Shown: positions 19,750 through 28,252 of the stretch, in pieces
Layout: every line of letters begins with the position of its first letter
Position numbering within the stretch: the stretch's first letter is position 1
Assembly (NCBI GenBank): GCA_039588495.1
Contig: JBDGZR010000007.1
Location: 2,301 to 66,300, forward strand
Direction of reading: 5' to 3'
Length of the DNA stretch: 64,000 bases
Origin: Gemmatimonadota bacterium
Lineage (GTDB): Bacteria; Gemmatimonadota; Gemmatimonadetes; Palauibacterales; Palauibacteraceae
The notes under the pieces: model-generated
Seen by the model: the letters and a program-made list of their open reading frames with translations, nothing else
What the model was told of the DNA's origin: nothing
Database searches by the model: none
Translations under genes and position numbers: made by a program

Positions 19750-19849
19750 GATCGGCCGCCACCAACCACGCCGCCGACAGCGCGAACAGGATGAAGAACT
19801 GGCCATTCTTCCTCCGAGATGCGTTGGCTGAAGGGTGGACTGCAGGAAG

Positions 19850-20776
19850 CTACGGACCGCTGAACCAGCGGTACTGGTAGGCGCCCAGGATCGTATTGTA
19901 GTCGCCGCCCTTTCCCGCTCTCAAGCCCGTGATGAAGGCGAACTTGATCGAATCGTGGTTCGAGATCGGGAACGCGAACGTGACGCCGAGACGCCAGTTG
20001 CTGATCTCCGTGTCCTTCTCCTCGCCGTTCACCGAGGTTCTTCCGCCCCGGCCATACCCGACATCCGCGGCGGCCCAGAAACCCGGATCGAACTGGTAAG
20101 TCACGTGGCCCTGGAGAGCGGCGATCGGATTCTGCGACAGGGTGTCCCCACCGAAGAAGTCCGTGTTGTTCGTATAGAACCACGCGGCGGCCGCGGCTTC
20201 CAGTACCCAGCGCGAGAGATTCTGGGACACACCCAGCTGCGGACGGAAGACCCAGCGGTTGGAGCCAAGGTTGAGGAGCCGGTCAGGATCGTACTGACCC
20301 AACGGCACCCATACCTGAAGGCCTCCTCCGAAGATCGTGCCGGGCTTGTACGAGGCGAACTCTTTCGGGCTCAGGGCCGGCGCCCCTTTGAACAGGACGG
20401 AAAAGCGAACTCGCGGGTCTCCGAGGCCGGTGGCCGATCGCGTCGTGTCCTGTCCCTCGAGCTTTCCCTTCCAATCCCCACCGGCGACCGGGACGATCGC
20501 GTCGATCTTGGCCGAGGCTCCGAACACGTTCAGCGTCCGCACGTAACCGGCGGTGAGGATCACCAGGCGGGCATCCAGATCCTCTACCGGTACGGCAGGG
20601 TCCAGAAGGATGTTGCCGAAGGAGTAGCCGAAGGCGCCGAGGACGATGTTCATGCCGGTCGGTGCCGGCGAGAACAGCCTCGGCTCCAACTCCTGGGCGC
20701 TGGCGCTGGCGTGCGCGAGAGCGATCGCCACCAGTGCGATCGACCCACAGAGGAAGCGCCGCGATCGTCTACTCAC
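19850..20776 (-). CDS. outer-membrane beta-barrel protein (transporter/MetA-pathway phenol-degradation-like family)
   Basis: Signal peptide MSRRSRRFLCGSIALVAIALAHASASAQ, alternating beta-strand pattern, C-terminal ...YQYRWFSGP. Confidence 0.6.
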   Translation of the reverse strand: MSRRSRRFLCGSIALVAIALAHASASAQELEPRLFSPAPTGMNIVLGAFGYSFGNILLDPAVPVEDLDARLVILTAGYVRTLNVFGASAKIDAIVPVAGGDWKGKLEGQDTTRSATGLGDPRVRFSVLFKGAPALSPKEFASYKPGTIFGGGLQVWVPLGQYDPDRLLNLGSNRWVFRPQLGVSQNLSRWVLEAAAAAWFYTNNTDFFGGDTLSQNPIAALQGHVTYQFDPGFWAAADVGYGRGGRTSVNGEEKDTEISNWRLGVTFAFPISNHDSIKFAFITGLRAGKGGDYNTILGAYQYRWFSGP

Positions 20777-21082
20777 TCGGCAGTGATGGTTTCGGCCCGC
20801 CGGAGCGGAGGCGCCTCAAGGGACGGGCACAGCCGTTAGGGTAATCGCCGACGGCAGATCCGCATCGAGGTCGAACGGCCCGGCGAGCGGGACCGCTGGA
20901 ATCAGACTGCAATCCGCTTACGCGCCCTCTATCGTTCCGCCGCCCATCCACCTTCCCGCTGCCAGGCCAAAGCCCTTCGACCAAGCATACGCCAGCGTAT
21001 TGTAACCGGCCAGAAAACTCCCGAACCTCGGGTGAGTCATGCACGGGCAAGTCCGTTAATCGCGGTCGGACGCCGAGCGTTC

Positions 21083-21976
21083 TCAGAACAACGCGAACAC
21101 GCCGTAGAGTTGGAGACCGCTGTAGCGGTAGGTGACCTTCAGCTTCGGATCCTCGCTCTCCTTCACCTGCAGCTTCGTGTACGCGAACCGGAGTCCGGCG
21201 CCGAAACCGCGCGTGAAGAAGTACTCGGCTCCGAGGTTCGCGTCGCCGACCGACGCGCTGATCGTGGACACGCTCACGTAGAGGCCTCCCGCCCTTCCGC
21301 TGACGATCATCCGGGAGAGCGGCGCCCAGTTGACGTCGAGTCCCAGCGCGGCCACCGGAAAAGTGGCGTCTGTGCGCTCCTCGAACCCCGCGAAGTCCTC
21401 ATCGCCGACCTTTCCCACGGCCGCTATCCCGGTCTTGGTGAACATGGCGCTGAGCCCGAGGCCGACTCCCACCTCTATCTTGTCGCGCGCCAGGAAGGAA
21501 AAGGAGTACCCGAGCTGGGCGAATTGCGTCCTGAAGTCCGATTCGACCACGGCGTTGACCGGAAAGATCTCTTCCCCGAACACGATCGCCGTGTCGAGCA
21601 CCACATTGCTGTTACGACTGAGACTGAAGTAGCCGTAGCTGATCCGATGCCGGCGGCCCAACCGCACGTACCCGCCCGCCCGAAAATCGAATTTCTTCGT
21701 GTCGAAGCCGAGGTCATCTTCCAGATCGATCTCGGTCCCCTCTCCGGGTAGAGCATCAGAGTCCAGCCGGAGATTCGTGTTGAAGAAGCTCGCGAAAGCT
21801 CCAACCTCGATCCGGAAGCGCTGGTAGAGCTGATTCGGCGCTTCCTCCTCGATCGACTCCTGCTCGGACTGGCTCTCCGCTTCCTGAGACCAGGCGGTGT
21901 TCGCGCCAGCCAGCACCGGCAGTGCGATGAGGGCAGCCACACGGGCAAAGCTTCGACGATTCTTGGGACTTCTCAT
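21083..21976 (-). CDS. outer-membrane beta-barrel protein
   Basis: Signal peptide MRSPKNRRSFARVAALIALPVLAGANTAWSQ, then an acidic linker. C-terminal ...LQLYGVFALF ends in Phe. Confidence 0.55.
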   Translation of the reverse strand: MRSPKNRRSFARVAALIALPVLAGANTAWSQEAESQSEQESIEEEAPNQLYQRFRIEVGAFASFFNTNLRLDSDALPGEGTEIDLEDDLGFDTKKFDFRAGGYVRLGRRHRISYGYFSLSRNSNVVLDTAIVFGEEIFPVNAVVESDFRTQFAQLGYSFSFLARDKIEVGVGLGLSAMFTKTGIAAVGKVGDEDFAGFEERTDATFPVAALGLDVNWAPLSRMIVSGRAGGLYVSVSTISASVGDANLGAEYFFTRGFGAGLRFAYTKLQVKESEDPKLKVTYRYSGLQLYGVFALF

Positions 21977-22163
21977 TGGATGTCCTAATTGAGGCACAGG
22001 AGATCAAGGACCAACTTCGTTCACGCACTTGGGTCGGCACAAGGGCGCAGGAGTGGACAGCGGCCCCTCATCGGCCTTCCTTACGCTGCGCAGCGATGAT
22101 CGCTGCCCGTTCGCCCTCTGAAAGAACGCAATCAGGACGGTAAACGACACATGAGAGGCATCC

Positions 22164-23066
22164 ATGAAGGATGAATCGACCGCCCTGAAGATCTCGGCCG
22201 GTGCCAACCTGTTCTTCGGTCTTCTCGGCATCGGCTTCGCCCTGCTCACCCAATCGGGGGCCATCCTGCTGGACGGCTTCTTCTCGTTCATCGGTTTCGG
22301 AATCGGGTTGCTCACCCTCAAGGTCTCTGGCCTGGTGGAGAGGCCTGACGACGACTGGTTCCACTTCGGCTACGCGTACTTCGAGCCGTTTCTGAACGCC
22401 GTGCGCGGGCTGATCCTCCTGGCGGTGACCGGCTACGCCCTCGTCTCCGCCATCATCTCCCTCCTCCACGGGGGGCGGGAGATCGTTCCTGGCTGGGCTC
22501 TGGCGTACGCCGTGATCGCCGTGGTCGGCTGCTTCACCCTCGCGTGGATCCAGCGCCGGGCCGCCCGCGCCAACGAGTCGCCACTGCTCGACGTGGACGC
22601 CAAGGCCTGGCTCATGGACGGCGTGCTCAGCCTCGTCGTGGCCGGTGCGTTTCTCGGGGCGCTGCTCATCCAGGGTACGCGCTGGGATCCGGTCGTCGAC
22701 TACGTCGACCCGGCGCTGGTCGTCCTGCTGGTGCTTCTCGTGCTTCCCGTACCGCTCAAGATCGTCGCGGACAACCTCGGAGAGCTATTGCGGGTCGCGC
22801 CGGAGCCGGAGGTCCAGGCGGAAGTGAAGCACCGCTTCGCGCAGGCGGTTGAGGGGCAGGGCTTCCGCGATACGCGCGTCAGGATGATCGCTGCGGGGAG
22901 GTACTTCTATCTCCTCAATCACATCCGGCTTGGCAGCACCTTCCGCATCCAGCGGGTGGGGGAGCTGGACGCGATCCGGGCCGACATCCACGCGGCCCTG
23001 GAAGATCTCCACCCCCGACTCGTGATCGACACCGTGTTCACGGAGGACGAGCGCTGGATGGGCTGA
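22164..23066 (+). CDS. cation diffusion facilitator (CDF) family divalent-metal efflux transporter
   Basis: 300 aa with six TM helices and then a cytoplasmic domain. It matches the CDF/FieF/CzcD family overall, including the LLDG (TM2) and DYVDPA motifs. Confidence 0.8.
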   Translation: MKDESTALKISAGANLFFGLLGIGFALLTQSGAILLDGFFSFIGFGIGLLTLKVSGLVERPDDDWFHFGYAYFEPFLNAVRGLILLAVTGYALVSAIISLLHGGREIVPGWALAYAVIAVVGCFTLAWIQRRAARANESPLLDVDAKAWLMDGVLSLVVAGAFLGALLIQGTRWDPVVDYVDPALVVLLVLLVLPVPLKIVADNLGELLRVAPEPEVQAEVKHRFAQAVEGQGFRDTRVRMIAAGRYFYLLNHIRLGSTFRIQRVGELDAIRADIHAALEDLHPRLVIDTVFTEDERWMG

Positions 23067-23163
23067 TCCGGGTGGATCACTCTTGCGGTGCGGGTGTGGT
23101 TGACCGCTTCTTGAGCGCCCGCTGACCGCGCGTGGACCACTCCCCGACTCGAGGAGGCCGCAG

Positions 23164-23586
23164 ATGAAGTTCGGGCTAACGCCGCTTCAGGCGAAGGTGT
23201 TGGGCATCTCGAGGATCGCGATCGGCTTCCTGTTCTGGGTGCACGGCGCGCAGAAGCTGTTCGGCTGGTTCGGCGGCTTCGGGGAGGCCGGCACCGCCGA
23301 GCTCATGTCTCGCTTCGGAGCCGCCGGGCTGATCGAGTTCTTCGCCGGCCTCCTGATCATGCTCGGGCTCTTCACCGTTCCCGCCGCCATCATCGCATCG
23401 GGCCAGATGGCCGTGGCGTACTTCTGGATGCACGTGCCCCGCGGCAGCCTCTTCCATTGGGAGAACGGCGGAGAGAAGGTTGCCTTCTACGCCTTCTTCT
23501 TCCTTCTGCTGGCCGCCCTCGGCGCCGGCGCGTTCTCCATCGACGGGGCGATGCGCAGGCGGAAAGACGGGGCGCCTACCGGCTAG
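23164..23586 (+). CDS. DoxX family membrane protein
   Basis: 140 aa with four TM helices and a DoxX-like pattern (VLGISRIAIGFLFWVHGAQKL). Confidence 0.65.
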   Translation: MKFGLTPLQAKVLGISRIAIGFLFWVHGAQKLFGWFGGFGEAGTAELMSRFGAAGLIEFFAGLLIMLGLFTVPAAIIASGQMAVAYFWMHVPRGSLFHWENGGEKVAFYAFFFLLLAALGAGAFSIDGAMRRRKDGAPTG

Positions 23587-23600
23587 CGCGACCTCGCGGC

Positions 23601-26270
23601 TCAGACCAACTCGAAGCGGCCCTGGAAGAAGCGGAGCTTGCCGGGCTCGTAGACGAACTTGAGGCCCGTGAGCTCGTCGCGGCGCTCGTGGACCCGGATG
23701 ATCCCGTCGGCGACGGCGCGCATGTGGTCGTTCGTGTAGACGCGGCGCGGGATCGTCAGCCGGACCAGTTCCAGGGCCGGCCGGTAGTTCTCTCCCGTCT
23801 CCGGGTTCCGCCCCTTGGAGACGTTTCCCCGCTCCATCGCGCGCACTCCGGTCTCGACGAAGATCTCGGCCGCCAGCCGCTGAGCGGGGAACTCATCCTG
23901 GTCGATGTGGGAGAGGAAGCGCTTCGCGTCCAGGAAGATCGCGTGGCTCCCCGGCGGCGTAACGATCGGCACGCCGGCGTCCAGCAGCATCTCGCCCAGC
24001 AGCTGGGTCTGGCGGACGCGCGCGCGGATGTAGCGGTCGTCCACCATCTCTTCGACCCCTCGGGCGATAGCGGCCAGGTCTGCTGTAGAGAGGCCGCCAT
24101 CCGTCACGTTGCCTTCGTAGATCCTGAGCAGTTCCTCCGCCTTGCGGGTCCACTCCTCGTTCTCCCTGAAGGCGAGGATCCCGCCGATGTTGATCAGAAA
24201 GTCCTTCTTGCCGCTGACCGTCGCCCCGTCCCCGTAGATCATCATCTCCCGGAGGATGTCCTTGATCGGAATGTCGGAGTAACGGGGATCGCGGCTCTGG
24301 ATCATGTAGGCGTTCTCGACGACCCGAGTGGCATCGAAGAAGACGGGGATGCCGACCGATCCACAGTAGGCGTAGACCTCTTTCATGTTGTCCATGCTGA
24401 CCGGCTGGCCGCCCGCCATGTTCACGGAGTGCTCGAACGAGACGTAGGCCACCTCCTCCGCCCCGTGCTCGTCCACCAGGGCCCGCAGCTTGCCCAGGTC
24501 GATGTCGCCCTTCCACGGGTGCTCGCTCTCCGGGTTCTTCGCCTCGTCCACGATGACGTCGACGAAGACGCCGCCGGCCAGCTCCTGGTGCAGCTTGGTG
24601 GTGGTGAAATACATGTTGCCCGGCACCAGCTGTCCCGGCCGGATCATGATCTGACTCAGGATGTGCTCGGCCGCCCTGCCCTGATGGGTTGGAATGATGT
24701 ACTCGTAGCCCAGGCTATCCTGCAGCACCTCGACGAACCGGTGATACTCATCGGTGGTCTTGGGGCTCGCGCGCACGCCGTCGTAGGCCGACCACTGGTC
24801 GACGCTCATCGCCGAGGTGCCCGAGTCGGTCAGGAGGTCGATCGTCACATCGGCCGACCTGAGGAGGAAGGTGTTGTAGCCGGCCGTGCGGATCGCCCGC
24901 TCGCGACGGCGGCGTGACAGCTCTCCGACTCGCTCGACGGTGTGGATCTCGTAGGAGAACGTGTCGAACCTGTAGGGATCGAGATCGGGGAAGCCCCAGT
25001 GATAGGCCATCGCGTCGCGCCAGCTCCCCACCGCCGTGGCCTGCATCGGCGAGATCTTCTCGCGCTGCCGGTAGAGGCTGATGATCGCATCGGCCACCTG
25101 GTCCAGCTGCTCGTTTGTCATCGCGAGCCGAGGGATCTGCACCGGGACGATGTTCCGGCTCACCGTCGGGTGCGGCGCGACCGCGCGCACGCCGGACATC
25201 AGATAGAGGGCGGCCGAGAAAGTGTCTTGAGCGTATTCGCCGGCCTGCGGCAGGAACTCCTCAGCCATCACGTAGGCTCCGTCGCAACCCCGCTCGAGCG
25301 GCACGCCCCCGTCCCGCAGGCGCCGCGTGAAGCGCTCCGTCTGGTGCATCACCCAGCGCACCTCGGCCTCGTCGCACATCTCCAGCAGGCCCCGAGCCAG
25401 TACCTCCATCGTGCGGCCTGCCATGCCTCCGTAGGTGTGCAAGCCCTCGTAGACCACCACCTCGTTCATGAACTTCTCGTGGTCGTCCGGATTGTCCGTC
25501 GTGATGATCCCGCCGGTGTTCGACTTCGGGTCCTGGGCTCCGTCGAGCTGGAGGATGTGGCCCGTCTTCACGATCTGGCCCACGATCTCGGCGATCCGAC
25601 GATCCGCCTGGCCCGGCTCGTGGCGCTGGATGTACCAGGCATTCTCGATCACGCGCGAGCCGTCGACGACGAGCCGGACTCCGTAGCGATCCGCCAGGGA
25701 CCGCACGGCGCGCAGGTTTGCGAGGCTGAACGGATGCTGACCGTCCGCGAAGGCCGGAAGATCGATGATCGGCACGCCGCCCTCGCCCAGCGCCTCTTCC
25801 AGCTTCTCCAGATCCAGGTTCCCCGTGAAGATCGGCTCCTCGCGATCGCGCACATCCAGGACCTGAGCTCCCTGGGGGGTGAGCACGTCGATTCGACCCC
25901 GGGCGTTGCTCGGCACGACGGAGCCGGCCGGAACAAGGGTCGCCACGATGAGCTTGAGGCAGCCGAGGATGTTGTGAGTGGGACACACGTAGCCGTGCCC
26001 CAGTACCTCGCGGACAGCCTCCTGCAGGCGCTCGAAGTTCCGGCTCCCGGCGTACGCCTCGTCCCCGATCAGCTGGCCCGCCAGCTGCTCCTGACTGAAG
26101 GCGCTCGTCCCGAGCGAGCACATGTCGAAGCTCACCTGGGAGGGCGTCAGGTTGTAGACGTTGAAGTCGGCATCCGCCAGATACTTCTTCCGCTCCTCCC
26201 GGGTCGGGAAGGACAGCAGGCGTACTGTCTTAATCTTGTGCGGCTCGCACACCGGCACCTTGGCGCCCAC
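23601..26270 (-). CDS. tandem-duplicated tryptophanase/tyrosine-phenol-lyase (beta-eliminating lyase) fusion, 889 aa
   Basis: The C-terminal half is full-length and TnaA-like (LLTDSGTSAMS, IPTHQGRAAE, VSGKKDFLINIGG carrying the PLP Lys, FPAQ, LRLTIPRRVYT). The N-terminal half is also TnaA-like (GDEAYAGSRNF, SRVIENAWYIQ, YEGLHTYGG), but it has PTHNILGC in place of PTHQGRxAE and DPKSNTGG in place of SxKKD, suggesting loss of the PLP lysine. GTG start at 26270. Confidence 0.8.
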   Translation of the reverse strand: MGAKVPVCEPHKIKTVRLLSFPTREERKKYLADADFNVYNLTPSQVSFDMCSLGTSAFSQEQLAGQLIGDEAYAGSRNFERLQEAVREVLGHGYVCPTHNILGCLKLIVATLVPAGSVVPSNARGRIDVLTPQGAQVLDVRDREEPIFTGNLDLEKLEEALGEGGVPIIDLPAFADGQHPFSLANLRAVRSLADRYGVRLVVDGSRVIENAWYIQRHEPGQADRRIAEIVGQIVKTGHILQLDGAQDPKSNTGGIITTDNPDDHEKFMNEVVVYEGLHTYGGMAGRTMEVLARGLLEMCDEAEVRWVMHQTERFTRRLRDGGVPLERGCDGAYVMAEEFLPQAGEYAQDTFSAALYLMSGVRAVAPHPTVSRNIVPVQIPRLAMTNEQLDQVADAIISLYRQREKISPMQATAVGSWRDAMAYHWGFPDLDPYRFDTFSYEIHTVERVGELSRRRRERAIRTAGYNTFLLRSADVTIDLLTDSGTSAMSVDQWSAYDGVRASPKTTDEYHRFVEVLQDSLGYEYIIPTHQGRAAEHILSQIMIRPGQLVPGNMYFTTTKLHQELAGGVFVDVIVDEAKNPESEHPWKGDIDLGKLRALVDEHGAEEVAYVSFEHSVNMAGGQPVSMDNMKEVYAYCGSVGIPVFFDATRVVENAYMIQSRDPRYSDIPIKDILREMMIYGDGATVSGKKDFLINIGGILAFRENEEWTRKAEELLRIYEGNVTDGGLSTADLAAIARGVEEMVDDRYIRARVRQTQLLGEMLLDAGVPIVTPPGSHAIFLDAKRFLSHIDQDEFPAQRLAAEIFVETGVRAMERGNVSKGRNPETGENYRPALELVRLTIPRRVYTNDHMRAVADGIIRVHERRDELTGLKFVYEPGKLRFFQGRFELV

Positions 26271-26274
26271 GCGT

Positions 26275-27432
26275 CTAGTCTCCCCGTCCCGGGGTGGTTG
26301 TCGGCTCCACGAACGGCGGCGGCGTCTCCGTCGTGTGCGGCGGAAGCACGGGGTAGCGCACGTTCGGCTGCTCTCCGTTCAGGCTCTCCAGGAAGGCGAC
26401 GATGGCATCAACGTCTCCAGGGGTGAGCTCGGCGCCCAGTTGCACCGACCCCATCACGTCGACCGCCTCGCCCAGATCCCATACTCCACCCGAGTGAAAG
26501 TAGGGAGCGGTCAGAGCCACGTTGCGCAGCGACGGCGCCTTGAACACATACTCATCGGCGACCGTGCGGGTGACCTCGAACCTGCCCTTGTCGTTTGGCG
26601 GCAAGACATCGGCCCCCGGCTTCCGCGCGACACCGAACGGAAAATAATCCGATCCGCCGACGTTCATTCCGGCATGGCAGGCGGCGCAGCCCTTCTCCAT
26701 GAACAGGCCAAGGCCAGCAAGCTCCGCTCCCGTCAACGCCTCCTCATCTCCCTCGAGAAAACGGTCGAACCGGCAGCCGGGGGTGGTCAGGGTCGCCTCG
26801 AACGCCTCGATGGCCCTCGCCATGTTCTCGAAGGTCACCGGCTCCGCATCATCCGGGAACGCCTTCTCGAATCTCTCGACGTACTCCGGAATGCTCCGCA
26901 GCGTCGCCACTACACGATCCGGCGTGCTGTTCATCTCGACAGCCGCCTGCACGGGGCCCATCGCCTGCTCCATGAGATCTTCCGCGCGGCCGTCCCAGAA
27001 CTGGGCGATGTTGAACACTGCGTTCAGGACGGTCGGCGCGTTTCTCGGACCCTTCTGCCACCCGTGCCCGATGGACGTCTCCATCAGATCGACTCCGCCG
27101 AGGCCGAGGTTGTGGCAGGTGTTGCAGCTGATCAGCCAGCTGGACGAGAGCCGGGGCTCGAAGAAGAGCATCTTCCCGAGCTCCACCTTTTCGGGGGTCA
27201 GGGGGTTCGTCTCCAAAACCGGCAGGGTCGAGGAGATCGGCTGGAAGACGGTCGCCGCGCTCGCGACCAGGGATTCGGCTCCAGGCGGGGCGGTCTGTGC
27301 CATCCCGGTCGTCTCGGTCATCGCGGCCCCGGCGGTTTCATTCCCCTGCTGGGGGCCCGCCTGGCCGCAGGCGCCGAGCACGAGGGCAGCTGCGAGGGTT
27401 GTCGATGCAGGTGAGATCGCGTGATATCGCAT
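26275..27432 (-). CDS. di-haem cytochrome c peroxidase (CcpA/MauG family) lipoprotein
   Basis: Lipobox LVLGAC. Two CxxCH sites (CNTCH and CAACH). Family-typical PSLRNVALTAPYFHSGGVWDL. Its stop lies 4 nt upstream of the tryptophanase-fusion start. Confidence 0.85.
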   Translation of the reverse strand: MRYHAISPASTTLAAALVLGACGQAGPQQGNETAGAAMTETTGMAQTAPPGAESLVASAATVFQPISSTLPVLETNPLTPEKVELGKMLFFEPRLSSSWLISCNTCHNLGLGGVDLMETSIGHGWQKGPRNAPTVLNAVFNIAQFWDGRAEDLMEQAMGPVQAAVEMNSTPDRVVATLRSIPEYVERFEKAFPDDAEPVTFENMARAIEAFEATLTTPGCRFDRFLEGDEEALTGAELAGLGLFMEKGCAACHAGMNVGGSDYFPFGVARKPGADVLPPNDKGRFEVTRTVADEYVFKAPSLRNVALTAPYFHSGGVWDLGEAVDVMGSVQLGAELTPGDVDAIVAFLESLNGEQPNVRYPVLPPHTTETPPPFVEPTTTPGRGD

Positions 27433-27622
27433 GATGACCTCCCGTGGCGGTGGCTATGCACCGCCGGCGTTAAGCACAAGTCCCGACCTGACAGGACGAT
27501 ACCGGCGCGCATCGAACCAAGCTGTCGGGAATAGTATGACGTTCGTCGGGGGGATCTCCGCGCCGGGCTGTAAGGATATCTCCTACGCGAGGCTCGGGGC
27601 TGGACGCAGAGCGCGGCCTCCG

Positions 27623-27651
27623 TTGACGAGGCCGCCGGTTCGTTGTACTAG
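27623..27651 (+). promoter_or_regulatory. possible sigma70-type promoter (TTGACG, 17-nt spacer, TACTAG) for the cupin gene
   Basis: Read from the sequence about 40 nt upstream of the ATG at 27693. The -10 element is weak. Confidence 0.25.
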
Positions 27652-27692
27652 AAGGGCTCGCAGCGCACGCATCTTCTGCTCGGAGGCAACCC

Positions 27693-28211
27693 ATGCCCGT
27701 CAACGTGTTCGCCAACTTCGAGGACGGCCTCAAGCCCTCGGCAAGGCAGCGCGACCACTTCATCACCGACCTCGATTTCGACGATGAGCACCTCTGGGTC
27801 CCCTACGGCGAGACTGCCTGGTTTCAGCCCTGCCGATTCGATGTCACCACCGGCGGCTTCACGGCCGTCCTGAAGGCCCTTCCGGGCACGGTGGTTCCGA
27901 AGCACTACCACGTCAGCACCGTTCAGGGTTGGACGCTGCAGGGAAGCTGGCGGTACCTGGAGCACGATTGGGTCGCGACGGCGGGCACCTTCATCTTCGA
28001 GCCCTCGGGCGAGTCCCACACGCTCGTCGTCCCAGAGGATGCGACCGAGACGGCGATCATCCTGTTCGTCGTGAGCGGCGCGCTGATATTCACCGACGAC
28101 GAGGGCAACTTCGCGGCGTACGAGGATGGTTTCACCATGCTCGAGCTCGCGCGCGCCCACTACCTCGAGCAGGGCCTGGACACCTCGCGCCTCGACGCCC
28201 TGATTCGCTAG
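27693..28211 (+). CDS. cupin-fold protein (2,4'-dihydroxyacetophenone-dioxygenase-like)
   Basis: 172 aa with a His-containing cupin motif (PKHYHVSTVQGWTLQGSWRY...FEPSGESHT). Confidence 0.55.
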   Translation: MPVNVFANFEDGLKPSARQRDHFITDLDFDDEHLWVPYGETAWFQPCRFDVTTGGFTAVLKALPGTVVPKHYHVSTVQGWTLQGSWRYLEHDWVATAGTFIFEPSGESHTLVVPEDATETAIILFVVSGALIFTDDEGNFAAYEDGFTMLELARAHYLEQGLDTSRLDALIR

Positions 28212-28252
28212 CTCGCCGAGCCCCGCCGCCTCAGCAGGGCAAGCGCCCATCT

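Noticed and set aside
20777-21082. 300-bp intergenic region between two outer-membrane protein genes, examined for tRNA or ncRNA
   Set aside because: No T-loop or anticodon-arm pattern, no repeats. It probably holds only the promoter and terminator for the flanking genes.
23457-26426. 486-aa and 494-aa plus-strand ORFs
   Set aside because: They are antisense to the tandem-tryptophanase gene. Low-complexity, Arg/Asp/Val-rich translations.
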